This document shows positions 28,794 to 38,073 of a stretch of DNA of 64,000 nucleotides, one piece after another. The notes beneath the pieces are model-generated. The model ran no database searches, was not told where the DNA came from, and worked only from the letters and a program-made list of their open reading frames with translations. The stretch is from Acidimicrobiia bacterium. GTDB lineage: Bacteria > Actinomycetota > Acidimicrobiia > Spongiisociales > JAHEDJ01. Location: positions 62,001 to 126,000 of the forward strand of contig JARGFH010000001.1 in NCBI GenBank assembly GCA_029210695.1. The letters are read 5' to 3'. How positions within the stretch are numbered: position 1 is the stretch's first letter; the number at the start of each line of letters is the position of its first letter. The position numbers and the translations under genes were made by a program.

Positions 28794-30158
28794 TCAGGGC
28801 GATCGCCCTCTGGTCGTGTACCGGTGACCGAGCGGACTGGTCCACTCGTGGTCGCCGGCTTCGGTGCGCCGGTAGCTCCAGCCCGCACCGTGTCGTACGC
28901 AGTGGTCGTGCCGGCAGAGTGGGGCAAGGTTGCACCAGCACGTCGGTCCGCCGTCAATCCAGGGCGTGATGTGGTCGAGATCGCACCGCGTCGACGAGAC
29001 ACGGCATCCCGGGAACGCACAAGTCGGGTAGGCAGTCTCGATCGTGCGCCGATCTGCTGCTGTGGGGCGGCGGCGAGTGCTCCCGGAACATATCGGTTGG
29101 TGCTCGGCGTCGGTAACAACGAATCGCCACTCGTCCCTGCGCGAGGTTTGGGCCACCTGGCGTGCGATATCCGAAATCACCGGGCCGTAGCCCCCAAGAT
29201 CACCGGGAGACTCCGCAAGCTCTGCAAGCGTGGCCAGGTCAACCGTCATCACAAGTGATCCTCGCCTTACCTTGCGCCCAGGGTGTGAAACGGTGGGATC
29301 GAGCAAGTCGAGGGCGACATCCGCTCGGAGTTGATCCATCGTGCGCGTCTCTCCTGAGGTCCGTAGGTCGCGAGCAGCCGAATCGATGCGATCACGGATC
29401 CGGGCGGCTCGATCGGGCGGCAGGTCCATCAGGTACAGGTGTGTTGTGCCGTCAGAGCTGGGCTCGAGAACGACTCGGCGCTCATCGACAGCGTTCTCAT
29501 AGCGGTGCTTGGCATCTTCGGGATCGGCCTCGACGCTGAGCTTTCGCAGCAGCGCGGTCAGCTGCCCGGTCGTGAGCTCGGAAGCCCGCTCCAACGCGAG
29601 GTGGGCAATTTTCTGCGCCTGAGTGGCCGGCAGATGATCGGTGCGATGAAGGATGAGATTGGCACGGCGCCTGTCGACACGCCCGGCAACAAACTCCTGC
29701 CAGACAGTCGGCAGCCGCGTCTGGAAGTCTCGAGCTATGGAGAGTTCGTTGTCCGCTGCCCTCCGGGTGAGCCGGAGCGCTGCCCGGATCTCGGATGAAC
29801 AGGCTTTCTCCACTAACTCGAAATCGGTCTCGCCATCCCGGTTCAACTCGTCGGTGACTGCATCGGCCACTGAGACCATTGAGGCATACAACCGTGCCTG
29901 GTAGTGCGATGCCATCCGCTGATGGGCCGCCATCACGATGACGCGATCGTGGCCCGACAGATCCTCAACGTCGATATCCGACAGCAGAGCAGACAGCACG
30001 ATCCCGGGTTCCATCCCGGCCAACTCGGGCGGAATAGATGGCGCGGAAGGAGTTGCTGAATTCGCCTCCTCGATCGCCAGAGCCAGCTCCAAATCAGCTT
30101 TGTCGGCTTGGTCAAGCCAGCCCTGGATCTCTGTATCCAATGTCAGCGTATCGAACAT
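28794..30158 (-). CDS. DUF222 + HNH endonuclease (13E12-repeat family)
   Basis: RTMDQLRADVALDLL, LGGYGPV, CAFPGC...CDLDHITPW.DGGPT...NLAPLCRHDH, WTSPLGHRY. Confidence 0.92.
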   Translation of the reverse strand: MFDTLTLDTEIQGWLDQADKADLELALAIEEANSATPSAPSIPPELAGMEPGIVLSALLSDIDVEDLSGHDRVIVMAAHQRMASHYQARLYASMVSVADAVTDELNRDGETDFELVEKACSSEIRAALRLTRRAADNELSIARDFQTRLPTVWQEFVAGRVDRRRANLILHRTDHLPATQAQKIAHLALERASELTTGQLTALLRKLSVEADPEDAKHRYENAVDERRVVLEPSSDGTTHLYLMDLPPDRAARIRDRIDSAARDLRTSGETRTMDQLRADVALDLLDPTVSHPGRKVRRGSLVMTVDLATLAELAESPGDLGGYGPVISDIARQVAQTSRRDEWRFVVTDAEHQPICSGSTRRRPTAADRRTIETAYPTCAFPGCRVSSTRCDLDHITPWIDGGPTCWCNLAPLCRHDHCVRHGAGWSYRRTEAGDHEWTSPLGHRYTTRGRSP

Positions 30159-30166
30159 ATGTTCGA
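30151..30166. promoter_or_regulatory. LexA (SOS) box
   Basis: Perfect TCGAAC-ATAT-GTTCGA, the actinobacterial consensus TCGAAC-N4-GTTCGA, overlapping the DUF222 start codon. Confidence 0.88.
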
Positions 30167-30187
30167 TCATACCCGGCGCGGGAGACA
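30166..30187 (-). promoter_or_regulatory. RecA-NDp/PafBC-like promoter, probably leaderless
   Basis: TGTC-N12-TATGAT; ATG follows 7 nt after the -10 hexamer. Confidence 0.65.
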
Positions 30188-30224
30188 GAAAACAGCGCCT
30201 TGAATTCTTGCCCATCGAGGCATA

Positions 30225-30251
30225 AACCCCTCGCTTCTGAAGCGAGGGGTT
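30225..30251 (-). terminator. probable intrinsic terminator hairpin
   Basis: aacccctcgctt-ctg-aagcgaggggtt 12-bp stem; ends TTTAT on the minus strand, upstream of the DUF222 promoter. Confidence 0.6.
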
Positions 30252-30331
30252 CCAACCATCCCATCACAATGGTCGAAGCAACTAACGAGCGACCAACAAG
30301 ATGAGTCCAAACAGGGCCGGTGCCCACCCGC

Positions 30332-30559
30332 TCAGTCGGTGGACCCGAGGCCGATTCCCGTGATCGCCCAGTTGCCGGTGGCGTCCTTCTCCATCTGTAG
30401 CTGGAGGGCCCGGAACCAATCGGTGAATACGTAGCAGCCCTGTGGTTGGCCACAGTCGTCGATCCCAGCCTCAAAAAGCACGGTCCCGTCCTCCATCATC
30501 GCAGTGAGCATGTCGGTGACGCCGGCATCGGGTTGGGCTTCGGCGAGGAGTTCCTCCAC
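30332..30559 (-). CDS. short hypothetical protein or gene remnant
   Basis: 75-aa protein-like ORF overlapped by another frame (30496..30762); may be a frameshifted fragment. Confidence 0.3.
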   Translation of the reverse strand: MEELLAEAQPDAGVTDMLTAMMEDGTVLFEAGIDDCGQPQGCYVFTDWFRALQLQMEKDATGNWAITGIGLGSTD

Positions 30560-30806
30560 TCCAGGAGCAGGCCCATTGCCGGATCTGAGCCGGTTGATGC
30601 TGCGAGGGCAACCGTGTCGATGAGAACCGTCAACGATTCGAATTCAGCTGCCGCGTCGATGAGACGCCGGGTCCGACCGACGATCCCTGCGTCCGTCCTT
30701 GTTCGTAAGCACCCAAATTCAACCGCCCAGAGCCGAGACGGACGACCTCCGGGTCGGAGCAAGCAGTCGCACCGTCGATGCGAGAGCGCATTGTATCGGT
30801 CGTTGC

Positions 30807-31235
30807 TCAGGCAGCGGACAGGCGGCGCAGCAGGCTCTGGATCGGCTTCGGCAACAAGGTAGCGGCGAAGCCGGTGATCGATTCGACGAGTTCAAGAACG
30901 TCTTGACTGCCATCCCAGTGTTCCAGAACGATGTCCGTTCCGGCTGCTTCGATGATGTGGCGAACCGCATAGGAGAGCAAGAGAACTTCATCTGCCTGGC
31001 CGAACACCGGGATGAAGTCGGGAACGACATCGATTGGCACGACCAGGTATCCGAGGATGGCACCGAGAATTATCTTGCTCTTGCGCGGAATCCGCGGATC
31101 TCTCATCAACCGGTAGACCAGCTTGACGAGGTTGGGAAGAGCCAGCGCCGCTTCCTTCATCCACATCCCGCGTAGCGCGATCGGGTGACCGGTTGGGTCG
31201 TAGACGGCATCGGGCCGCAGCGGATCACCCATCAA
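30807..31235 (-). CDS. YkvA/DUF1232 family protein
   Basis: DPRIPRKSK...GYLVVPIDVVPDFIPVFGQADE. Confidence 0.9.
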   Translation of the reverse strand: MMGDPLRPDAVYDPTGHPIALRGMWMKEAALALPNLVKLVYRLMRDPRIPRKSKIILGAILGYLVVPIDVVPDFIPVFGQADEVLLLSYAVRHIIEAAGTDIVLEHWDGSQDVLELVESITGFAATLLPKPIQSLLRRLSAA

Positions 31236-32157
31236 TCATCTCCAAAGCTCGAAGTCCTGCACCGATCACAACTCCATTCTGACCGAACCGGGAGGCAACC
31301 ATCGGCAACTGCTGCCGGACGTTGCCACCATAGATTGTCAGAGCCAGAGCCGTTCTGGCCGGTCCGAGGAGGAGGTCACCCGCCCGCGACGGCGCTCCTC
31401 CGACCACCACGATGCCGGGGTCGAGGATCGCAGCCAACTGGGCAACCCCGCGCCCGAGCCATGTGCCGGCCGCAGACCATGCTTCCAAGGCGCCGGGATC
31501 GCCGGCCTGCGCAGCCACCATCAGATGTTGTCCGGCCGGCGGTAGACCGGCTGCGGCGGACGCCACCGCTCCTTTCGAATCAGCCGCGGCAAGTTGCACG
31601 GCCGCCGCATCGAGCACCGATCCAGATACGAGTGTTTCCCAGCAACCATCTCGACCGCACGCGCACCGCGGTCCGTCCGGATCAATGGTGAGATGACCTA
31701 TCTCACCTGCGAACCCGCTCCCCCGGTAGATCTCGCCATCGACCACGATCCCACCGCCGATCCCCGTGCCCAGCATCACCATCAGGACATTGTCGAATCC
31801 CTTGGCCGCTCCGAGGCGAACTTCCGCAAACGCGGCTACGTCGGCGTCGTTGTCGAGGATCACCGACAACCCGGTGGCGGCCTCAACCGCCGGACCAATC
31901 GGTGCAGGACCGGCCACATGTGGCCCCCACACGTGAACCCGGTTGGCGGAATCGACCAATCCGGCCGACCCCACTCCAACCCCCACGACGTCACTTGACA
32001 CGAGTTCCGAAGCCATGTTTGCGCAGCGGTCGGCAATTCCTCGCCCCGTCTGAGGCGTCGGGTGCTGTATGAGTCCTTCAACACTCCCCCGGTGATCGAC
32101 CAAGGCTGCCTTGATCGACGACCCTCCGATATCGATGCCGATCGCGGTTCGTGTCAT
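31225..32157 (-). CDS. ROK family sugar kinase (glucokinase-like)
   Basis: GIDIGGS, DNDAD.AAFAE, LGTGIGGG, GEIGH, CACGRDGCWE. Confidence 0.94.
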   Translation of the reverse strand: MTRTAIGIDIGGSSIKAALVDHRGSVEGLIQHPTPQTGRGIADRCANMASELVSSDVVGVGVGSAGLVDSANRVHVWGPHVAGPAPIGPAVEAATGLSVILDNDADVAAFAEVRLGAAKGFDNVLMVMLGTGIGGGIVVDGEIYRGSGFAGEIGHLTIDPDGPRCACGRDGCWETLVSGSVLDAAAVQLAAADSKGAVASAAAGLPPAGQHLMVAAQAGDPGALEAWSAAGTWLGRGVAQLAAILDPGIVVVGGAPSRAGDLLLGPARTALALTIYGGNVRQQLPMVASRFGQNGVVIGAGLRALEMIDG

Positions 32158-33320
32158 CAGCCGACGAACGTCACCCGGAGCACGCCTCCCGACAGTTTGG
32201 CTCCGGCGATACGACGGCGCAGCAAAGAATCGGGAAGCACGAAGGAGCGACGGTAGGGGCCAACCGTGATGTACAACTCGGCTCCCCTGCGCAGAACGTC
32301 GAGTTCCTCCTCATCGGCAAACGGGACGGCCAGCTCGATGATGACTTCTTCGCCATCCTCGGTGAGCGTGAACGGCGAAACGCCTTTGAATCCCGTTATC
32401 GGATCGGTATCTCCGTAGAGCTCGGCCGCCAACTCTCTCAGCCGGTCGACGCCAACCATTTCCTGCCCGAACAGGCGCAACGGCAAGATCGAGACCTCAC
32501 GGAACGATTCCTCGATCTCAGCTAGGTGCCTGGCCTGCACTTCGCGCCACGCATCGAAATAGCTGTCGGAGACGCTGGCCGGCAGCACCCGGTTCACGAC
32601 GACGGCGTCGACGCCGTACCCGAACAACCCCAGGTAGGTGTAGGTACGCCGAGCCTCATTTACAACCATCTTCTCCGGGTTGACCACCAGCCGCGCCGAC
32701 GTAATCTCCGAATCGGAGAGAAGGGCCTTGACCCCTTCGACGGCCAGGAACACGCCTTCGGCGGCATCAAAGACATCCTCGCCCGGCACCGGCAGATTCG
32801 TCATCCGGGTCAATACCGGGCGAGCCGCCTTCATCAGCCGCCGTTCGGTAGGCAGAACCCTGTCGAAATACCAGGAGAGCACCTCCGGCAGGCTGAGCAG
32901 GCGAAGCGTCTCGGCGGTAGGCGCACAATCGACGATGATCGTGTCGTAGCTTCCCGAGTCGACATGATCCTTCACTTGTAGGAGCGAAAACAGCTCATCC
33001 ATGCCGGGAAAGACGAGAAACTCCTCGGCTTCGATGCCCTTTACGCCACCCCAATCGAATACCCGCTTGAGTTGCTGATGGAGTTCCCCCCAGTGTTTGG
33101 CGAGCTGTAGCTGGGCGTCGATCTGCTGGACGTCGAGGTTCTCAAACAGCGTGCTCGGAACGTCGCCCAACGGCACATCGAAGGCATCAGCGAGGCTGTG
33201 GGCCGGATCGGTTGAGGTGACGAGCGTCCGGTGACCCAACTCCGCGGCTCGGAGGCCTGTGGCGGCGGCGACGGTGGTCTTGCCGACTCCCCCCTTGCCG
33301 GTCACCAGAACAACGCGCAT
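32157..33320 (-). CDS. ArsA/Get3-family ATPase with C-terminal HSP20-like domain
   Basis: GKGGVGKTT, STDPAHSL, VDCAPTAETLRLL. Confidence 0.94.
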   Translation of the reverse strand: MRVVLVTGKGGVGKTTVAAATGLRAAELGHRTLVTSTDPAHSLADAFDVPLGDVPSTLFENLDVQQIDAQLQLAKHWGELHQQLKRVFDWGGVKGIEAEEFLVFPGMDELFSLLQVKDHVDSGSYDTIIVDCAPTAETLRLLSLPEVLSWYFDRVLPTERRLMKAARPVLTRMTNLPVPGEDVFDAAEGVFLAVEGVKALLSDSEITSARLVVNPEKMVVNEARRTYTYLGLFGYGVDAVVVNRVLPASVSDSYFDAWREVQARHLAEIEESFREVSILPLRLFGQEMVGVDRLRELAAELYGDTDPITGFKGVSPFTLTEDGEEVIIELAVPFADEEELDVLRRGAELYITVGPYRRSFVLPDSLLRRRIAGAKLSGGVLRVTFVG

Positions 33321-33766
33321 CAGGCGGTTTGGACTTCCTCAACCCGCTTCTTGAGGCCGCGCAGTGCCGTCCCGACCAGTTGCTTCTCGGCCTGGCGGCG
33401 CAGGAATCCCGGAAGCGGGAAGGAGTAGTCGACCTTCAGTGCGTAGACGACCTCAGTGCCGCCGTCTTCGAGTTCCGTCAGGTCGTACGAGCCCTCCATC
33501 TCAGTGATGTCGTTCCCCGGGAGGGCCGTCCACATAATGCGGTGAGGAACCTCGTATTCGTACTCGAGCTCGTATGAGATGACCTTGACCATGGCGTCGA
33601 CCTCGAAAAGGGCACGCTCCGCCAGCCCGTCATCCCGTTCGGCGGTGACGGTGACGGACCGCATGGCGGTGATCCACTCAGGGTAGGTTGGGAGATCGGC
33701 GAGTACCGAAAACACGTCCGCAGGAGCAGCAGATATCTCGATGCTTTGAACGGCGCCTTCAGCCAT
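33320..33766 (-). CDS. SRPBCC (START/cyclase) family protein
   Basis: QSIEISAAPADVFSVLADLPTYPEW...GSYDL...TEVVYAL...ALRGLKKRVE. Confidence 0.88.
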   Translation of the reverse strand: MAEGAVQSIEISAAPADVFSVLADLPTYPEWITAMRSVTVTAERDDGLAERALFEVDAMVKVISYELEYEYEVPHRIMWTALPGNDITEMEGSYDLTELEDGGTEVVYALKVDYSFPLPGFLRRQAEKQLVGTALRGLKKRVEEVQTA

Positions 33767-33809
33767 GAACCTTCTTTCTCGAACTGACAACAGGGTAGTC
33801 GGACGGTGA

Positions 33810-34541
33810 CTAGCCGGGCACCCAGGCCGAGATCGACACGAACTCGAGGCCTGCGACGACCGGCTCCGCTCCATCCGGATGCGCGGACCGGAAGACCTTG
33901 ACCCCCTCCTCGAGTTCATCGTCCTCGATCAGCTGGAGGGTGCTGACGAATCGGGCTCTAAACGCCTCCTCCCATTCAGCCACGGTCCGCTCGACCCGTT
34001 CGACGATCCCTCCGAGCGCCACCCGCTCCATTCCTGAGGAGGCGAAATGGTCCGCCACCACTGCCACATCGGGAAAACGGCGCACATCGTGTTCGCGAAC
34101 AGAGGGAAACCACCTCCCGGTGAAGGAGGTTTCCAGGTAGTTCCTGGTGAACGTCCAGATCCACACCTTTCCGCCGGGCCGGACGACCCGGACGGCTTCG
34201 GTCACTGCATCGAGCCAGTCGCCGTAGTGCAGAGATAGATGGAAGTAGGCCATGTCGAATGAGTGATCGGAAAACGGCAATCGCTGGGAGACGCCCCCGA
34301 CGACCTGCAGGCGGCGCCCGTGCGCCTTCGCCCTTTGCGCTGCCGATGGATCAACGAGCACCGGCACAAAACCCTCGGTCCTCATGACCTCCGAGTGAGC
34401 CCCTGTTCCCCCTCCGATGTCCAGCACCCGGGCTCCATGGGCCAGCCCGGCGAGCGCCGTCCTGACGCGGTCCGCTCCTTCGACTCGCAGGGGGCGGAAC
34501 CGGTACGTCTCGGAGAGGTGGTCGAGATCAACGTCAGGCGT
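33810..34541 (-). CDS. class I SAM-dependent methyltransferase (canonical start at 34427; probable true start ACG at 34541)
   Basis: VLDIGGGTG motif I, LPFSDHSFD, RVVRPGG; frame open and protein-like upstream to 34541. Confidence 0.85.
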   Translation of the reverse strand, partial: TPDVDLDHLSETYRFRPLRVEGADRVRTALAGLAHGARVLDIGGGTGAHSEVMRTEGFVPVLVDPSAAQRAKAHGRRLQVVGGVSQRLPFSDHSFDMAYFHLSLHYGDWLDAVTEAVRVVRPGGKVWIWTFTRNYLETSFTGRWFPSVREHDVRRFPDVAVVADHFASSGMERVALGGIVERVERTVAEWEEAFRARFVSTLQLIEDDELEEGVKVFRSAHPDGAEPVVAGLEFVSISAWVPG

Positions 34542-35292
34542 GACGAACCGCCCGCGCCGTTGCCCTGAAATAGCCGACGTTGACGCACCGGGTGCGCCCG
34601 ACCCGCCACTGTGATGCTTGTGGTTGGTGGATGTCCCCGAAGTAGTGCACGAGGGGTTGGTGCCGATAAAGGTACTCGGCGACCGCTTCCGAACCGCCCT
34701 CGAGCCGGCCCGTGATCACATCGAACCGCAGCGGATCGATCGAAGGGGGCACATGTGTCCCGAGCACGTCAACAGGCCCCATATCTTCGAGCAACCGCGC
34801 CATTTCCTCTTCGCTGATCTCCCCGGCGGCGTTGAGGCCGGTCTTGGAACCACCACCGACAATTCCCATTCGTAGCCCTTCGAACTCAACTACTTCACCG
34901 TTCACGTACTGGAAGCCGTCCGGAAGGTGGGATTGGAGCAGAGCCGGAACGTCGACGTTGCCATGGGTAACGAAGCCGGAACCTCCGGCCAGGGCCGACC
35001 GCATCGCCGCGTACTGAGCCGCGATAGCGCCGCCAACCTGGGCGCGGACCTCCTCCTCCCGGCCGGCCGACCGCTCCCTCCACAGGCGGCGCGAGGCAGC
35101 GAAGTCACCCTGCCTCCGATACCGGGCCGCCGCCTGCGCGAACTCCACGCCGAAGACTTCCGCGGCAATCCCCTCGCCCGTTCGGTAGTCCACGAAATTG
35201 ATGAGATCGCCGAGGACGACCACCCGTTCACCGGTCGCGATGACCCGGGCGAGATCGTCGAACGCCCCATGGACATCTGCCACCAGCAGCAT
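34534..35292 (-). CDS. metallophosphoesterase
   Basis: ADVHG, LGDLIN, HGNVD, THVPP, FGDIHQP. Confidence 0.92.
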   Translation of the reverse strand: MLLVADVHGAFDDLARVIATGERVVVLGDLINFVDYRTGEGIAAEVFGVEFAQAAARYRRQGDFAASRRLWRERSAGREEEVRAQVGGAIAAQYAAMRSALAGGSGFVTHGNVDVPALLQSHLPDGFQYVNGEVVEFEGLRMGIVGGGSKTGLNAAGEISEEEMARLLEDMGPVDVLGTHVPPSIDPLRFDVITGRLEGGSEAVAEYLYRHQPLVHYFGDIHQPQASQWRVGRTRCVNVGYFRATARAVRHA

Positions 35293-35589
35293 TCAGTCAG
35301 CATCCCGTTCGGAGCCCGGATCGTACCGGTAGGCGTAGGCGGCGAATACCAGCGCGGCGACGAGCGCCGCCGCTATCGCGGCTGCCGTCGGCCATCCCCC
35401 GTAGGATGCCGACAGTCCGCCGATTCCGAAGGCGGTCAACCCTCCCACGACGCCTCGCCCGGTTGCTCCAAAGCGTTCATCGGGATGCACAGGCCGGGCA
35501 CTATTCGACTCTGAGAGTCCACCAATGAGAATCCAGGCGACCAGCGCGACCAGGCCGATTACGAGGCTCAGGCCGTACACCCCGTTCAC
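35293..35589 (-). CDS. small membrane protein
   Basis: GTG 35589 overlaps the upstream stop (GTGA); about three hydrophobic segments. Confidence 0.7.
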   Translation of the reverse strand: MNGVYGLSLVIGLVALVAWILIGGLSESNSARPVHPDERFGATGRGVVGGLTAFGIGGLSASYGGWPTAAAIAAALVAALVFAAYAYRYDPGSERDAD

Positions 35590-36326
35590 GGTGCCGTCCC
35601 TTCGCCCGTAATGGAGACGGCCGCCACGATCACGAGCATGAATACCAACCCCATGGCCGAGGTCACCACCCGGGGTCGGAGCAGTGTGGCACCCTCGTTG
35701 CCCGCCGCCAGGCGGGTGGCGTCGTAGATGGAGATCGCCCAGGCGACAACGGTGAAAACCAGCAGGACGATTCCGACGGGGCGTCGATTGCCTCCGATCA
35801 TGAGGATGCCAAATGCCAGGCTGGCAATGAGCAAGCCCGCCACTGCCAGACCGAGAGCAGATTCGCCGACCTTGAAGTGCCCGCCGCCGGGCAGGAGGCC
35901 CCACAGGGCGGCCTTGGAGGCTTCGATTTCGGGTCGATCTTCCTCACCGGCTCCGAAAGCCTCGTAGATGGAGGTCTGGCACGATCGACAGCTGTCAACG
36001 GACACCAGATTGACCGTCCCGCAGACCCTGCAGGTCCAGCCATCGGTGACGATGCCGCCGGCCGTAGCGGGCTGTGGTAGGGACACGCCGGGCGGCCGAT
36101 CATGGCGGGTGGGCGGGGCCGGTGGGCCGCCCGGACCCCTCGGCCCACCGACTGGCGGAGCCGGCCTTGCCCGATCCGGTTGAGGTTGCACCGGTTGGCT
36201 GGGGGGAGGAGATTCGGGCATGGCCGGGGAGGACGCCGCCGCAAAACTCGCATAACACTGTCCGCACCACTCGGCTCCGACTGGATTGGCAGCCCCGCAG
36301 GCGGGACACGTGACGATGTCTGGCAT
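35586..36326 (-). CDS. zinc-ribbon membrane protein
   Basis: CPAC/CGQC and CRVC/CRSC ribbons, Pro-rich linker, C-terminal TM helices. Confidence 0.75.
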   Translation of the reverse strand: MPDIVTCPACGAANPVGAEWCGQCYASFAAASSPAMPESPPPSQPVQPQPDRARPAPPVGGPRGPGGPPAPPTRHDRPPGVSLPQPATAGGIVTDGWTCRVCGTVNLVSVDSCRSCQTSIYEAFGAGEEDRPEIEASKAALWGLLPGGGHFKVGESALGLAVAGLLIASLAFGILMIGGNRRPVGIVLLVFTVVAWAISIYDATRLAAGNEGATLLRPRVVTSAMGLVFMLVIVAAVSITGEGTAP

Positions 36327-36368
36327 GACGCCGTCAGGGTACCGCGCTCAGCACAGACGGCCAGATCA

Positions 36369-38036
36369 TCAAGCTGTGACGGCACCGTCCTCTGCAGAAC
36401 CGACCAGGCGTGCGTACTTGGCCAGAGCGCCCGTCGTGTACCGGGGTTCCGGGGGTTTCCATCCTGCCCGGCGGGTGGCCAGGGTCACCTCATCGACGAG
36501 AAGGTCCAATCGTCGAGCGGGGAGGTCAACGCGGATCCGATCCCCCTCCTCAACGAGGGCCAGGGCGCCGCCGTTTGCTGCTTCCGGGGCCACGTGCCCG
36601 ATGCAGAGACCCGTCGTACCGCCGGAGAATCGTCCGTCGGTGATCAGCAATACATCCTTGCCGAGGCCGGCACCCTTGATGGCCGCCGTGATCTGCAACA
36701 TCTCCCGCATGCCTGGCCCACCCTTCGGACCCTCATAGCGGATGACGACCACGTCGCCCGGGGCCAGATCGTGCCTGAACAGGGCCTCCAGCGCCCCTTG
36801 CTCGTCGTCGAAGACCCGGGCGGAGCCCTCGAAGGTGTTCAGTTCAATGCCTGCGATCTTCACAACGGCGCCTTCGAGCGCCAGCGAACCGCGCAGCACG
36901 GCGATGCCTCCCTCGGGCGCCAGCGGATTGTCACTGGATCTGATCACATCCTGATCGCCGGGAAAGGTGACCCCTGTGAGATTCTCAGCGACCGTCTTGC
37001 CGGTAACGGTTGGGATGTCGCCGTTGATGAGGCCCTCATCGAACAGTGCTCGCATCACGACCGGCACCCCCCCGATGTGATCGAGGTCGACCATGTGATA
37101 GGCGCCGAACGGCTTGAGGTCGCCGATGTGCGGCGTACGGCGGCTGATGATGTCGAAATCCTCCAGGGTCAATTCCACTCCAGCCTCATGGGCGATCGCC
37201 AGAAGATGTAACACCGCGTTCGTCGACCCTCCCAGGGCCATGACCGTCGTGATGGCGTTCTCGAAGGCAGGACGGGTCATGATCTGCCGTGGCCGCAGGT
37301 TGGCATCGAGGAGTCGCATCACGGCTACTCCAGACTGCACCGCATAGTCCTCAAGGCGCGGGTCGGGGGCCGGGACGGTCGCGCTTCCGGGCAACGACAT
37401 TCCGATCGCTTCACCGACCGATGCCATCGTGTTGGCCGTGAACATTCCCGCGCACGAACCCTCCCCGGGACAGGCGGACTGCTCGATCCCGAGTAATTCC
37501 TCCTTGGTGATGGTCCCTTCACTGAAGGCCCCGATCCCTTCGAACACGTCGACGATCGAGATGTCCTTCCCGCGCCAGCGACCGGGCAGACTCGAACCCC
37601 CGTACAGGAACACGCTCGGGAGGTTGGTGCGGGCTGCGGCCATCAGCATGCCGGGGAGGGACTTGTCGCAGCCGGCAATCGTGACCATGGCGTCGAAACG
37701 TTCGGCATGCATCACCAGTTCGACCGAGTCGGCGATCACCTCTCTGCTGACGAGCGACGCCCGCATCCCTTCGTGCCCCATCGCGATCCCGTCGGACACG
37801 GCAATGGTGGCGAAGGTGAGCCCGATGCCGCCTTCCGCCCGGACACCCTCTTTCGCCCGTGCCGCCAGTCGAGGGCCGGAGAGGTTGCAGGGGGTAACCT
37901 CGTTGCCTGCCGAAACAAGGCCGACTTGCGGCTTGGCGAAGTCCTCCTCTTCGAGGCCGACGGCCCGGAGCATTGCTCGCGCTCCTGCCTTGGCCGGTCC
38001 TTCCGTCACATCCTGGGAGTGGATCTTGCGCGTCAT
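36369..38036 (-). CDS. ilvD: dihydroxy-acid dehydratase
   Basis: [45 protein letters not shown]. Confidence 0.97.
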   Translation of the reverse strand: MTRKIHSQDVTEGPAKAGARAMLRAVGLEEEDFAKPQVGLVSAGNEVTPCNLSGPRLAARAKEGVRAEGGIGLTFATIAVSDGIAMGHEGMRASLVSREVIADSVELVMHAERFDAMVTIAGCDKSLPGMLMAAARTNLPSVFLYGGSSLPGRWRGKDISIVDVFEGIGAFSEGTITKEELLGIEQSACPGEGSCAGMFTANTMASVGEAIGMSLPGSATVPAPDPRLEDYAVQSGVAVMRLLDANLRPRQIMTRPAFENAITTVMALGGSTNAVLHLLAIAHEAGVELTLEDFDIISRRTPHIGDLKPFGAYHMVDLDHIGGVPVVMRALFDEGLINGDIPTVTGKTVAENLTGVTFPGDQDVIRSSDNPLAPEGGIAVLRGSLALEGAVVKIAGIELNTFEGSARVFDDEQGALEALFRHDLAPGDVVVIRYEGPKGGPGMREMLQITAAIKGAGLGKDVLLITDGRFSGGTTGLCIGHVAPEAANGGALALVEEGDRIRVDLPARRLDLLVDEVTLATRRAGWKPPEPRYTTGALAKYARLVGSAEDGAVTA

Positions 38037-38073
38037 GTGAGCATGGTACGCAGCGCGGGTGAGTCAGGAGGCA

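Noticed and set aside
32157..33320. Arsenite resistance ArsA
   Set aside because: Single ATPase domain with an HSP20-like tail, no arsB/C/R nearby; sits in the usual actinobacterial ROK-ArsA-SRPBCC context.
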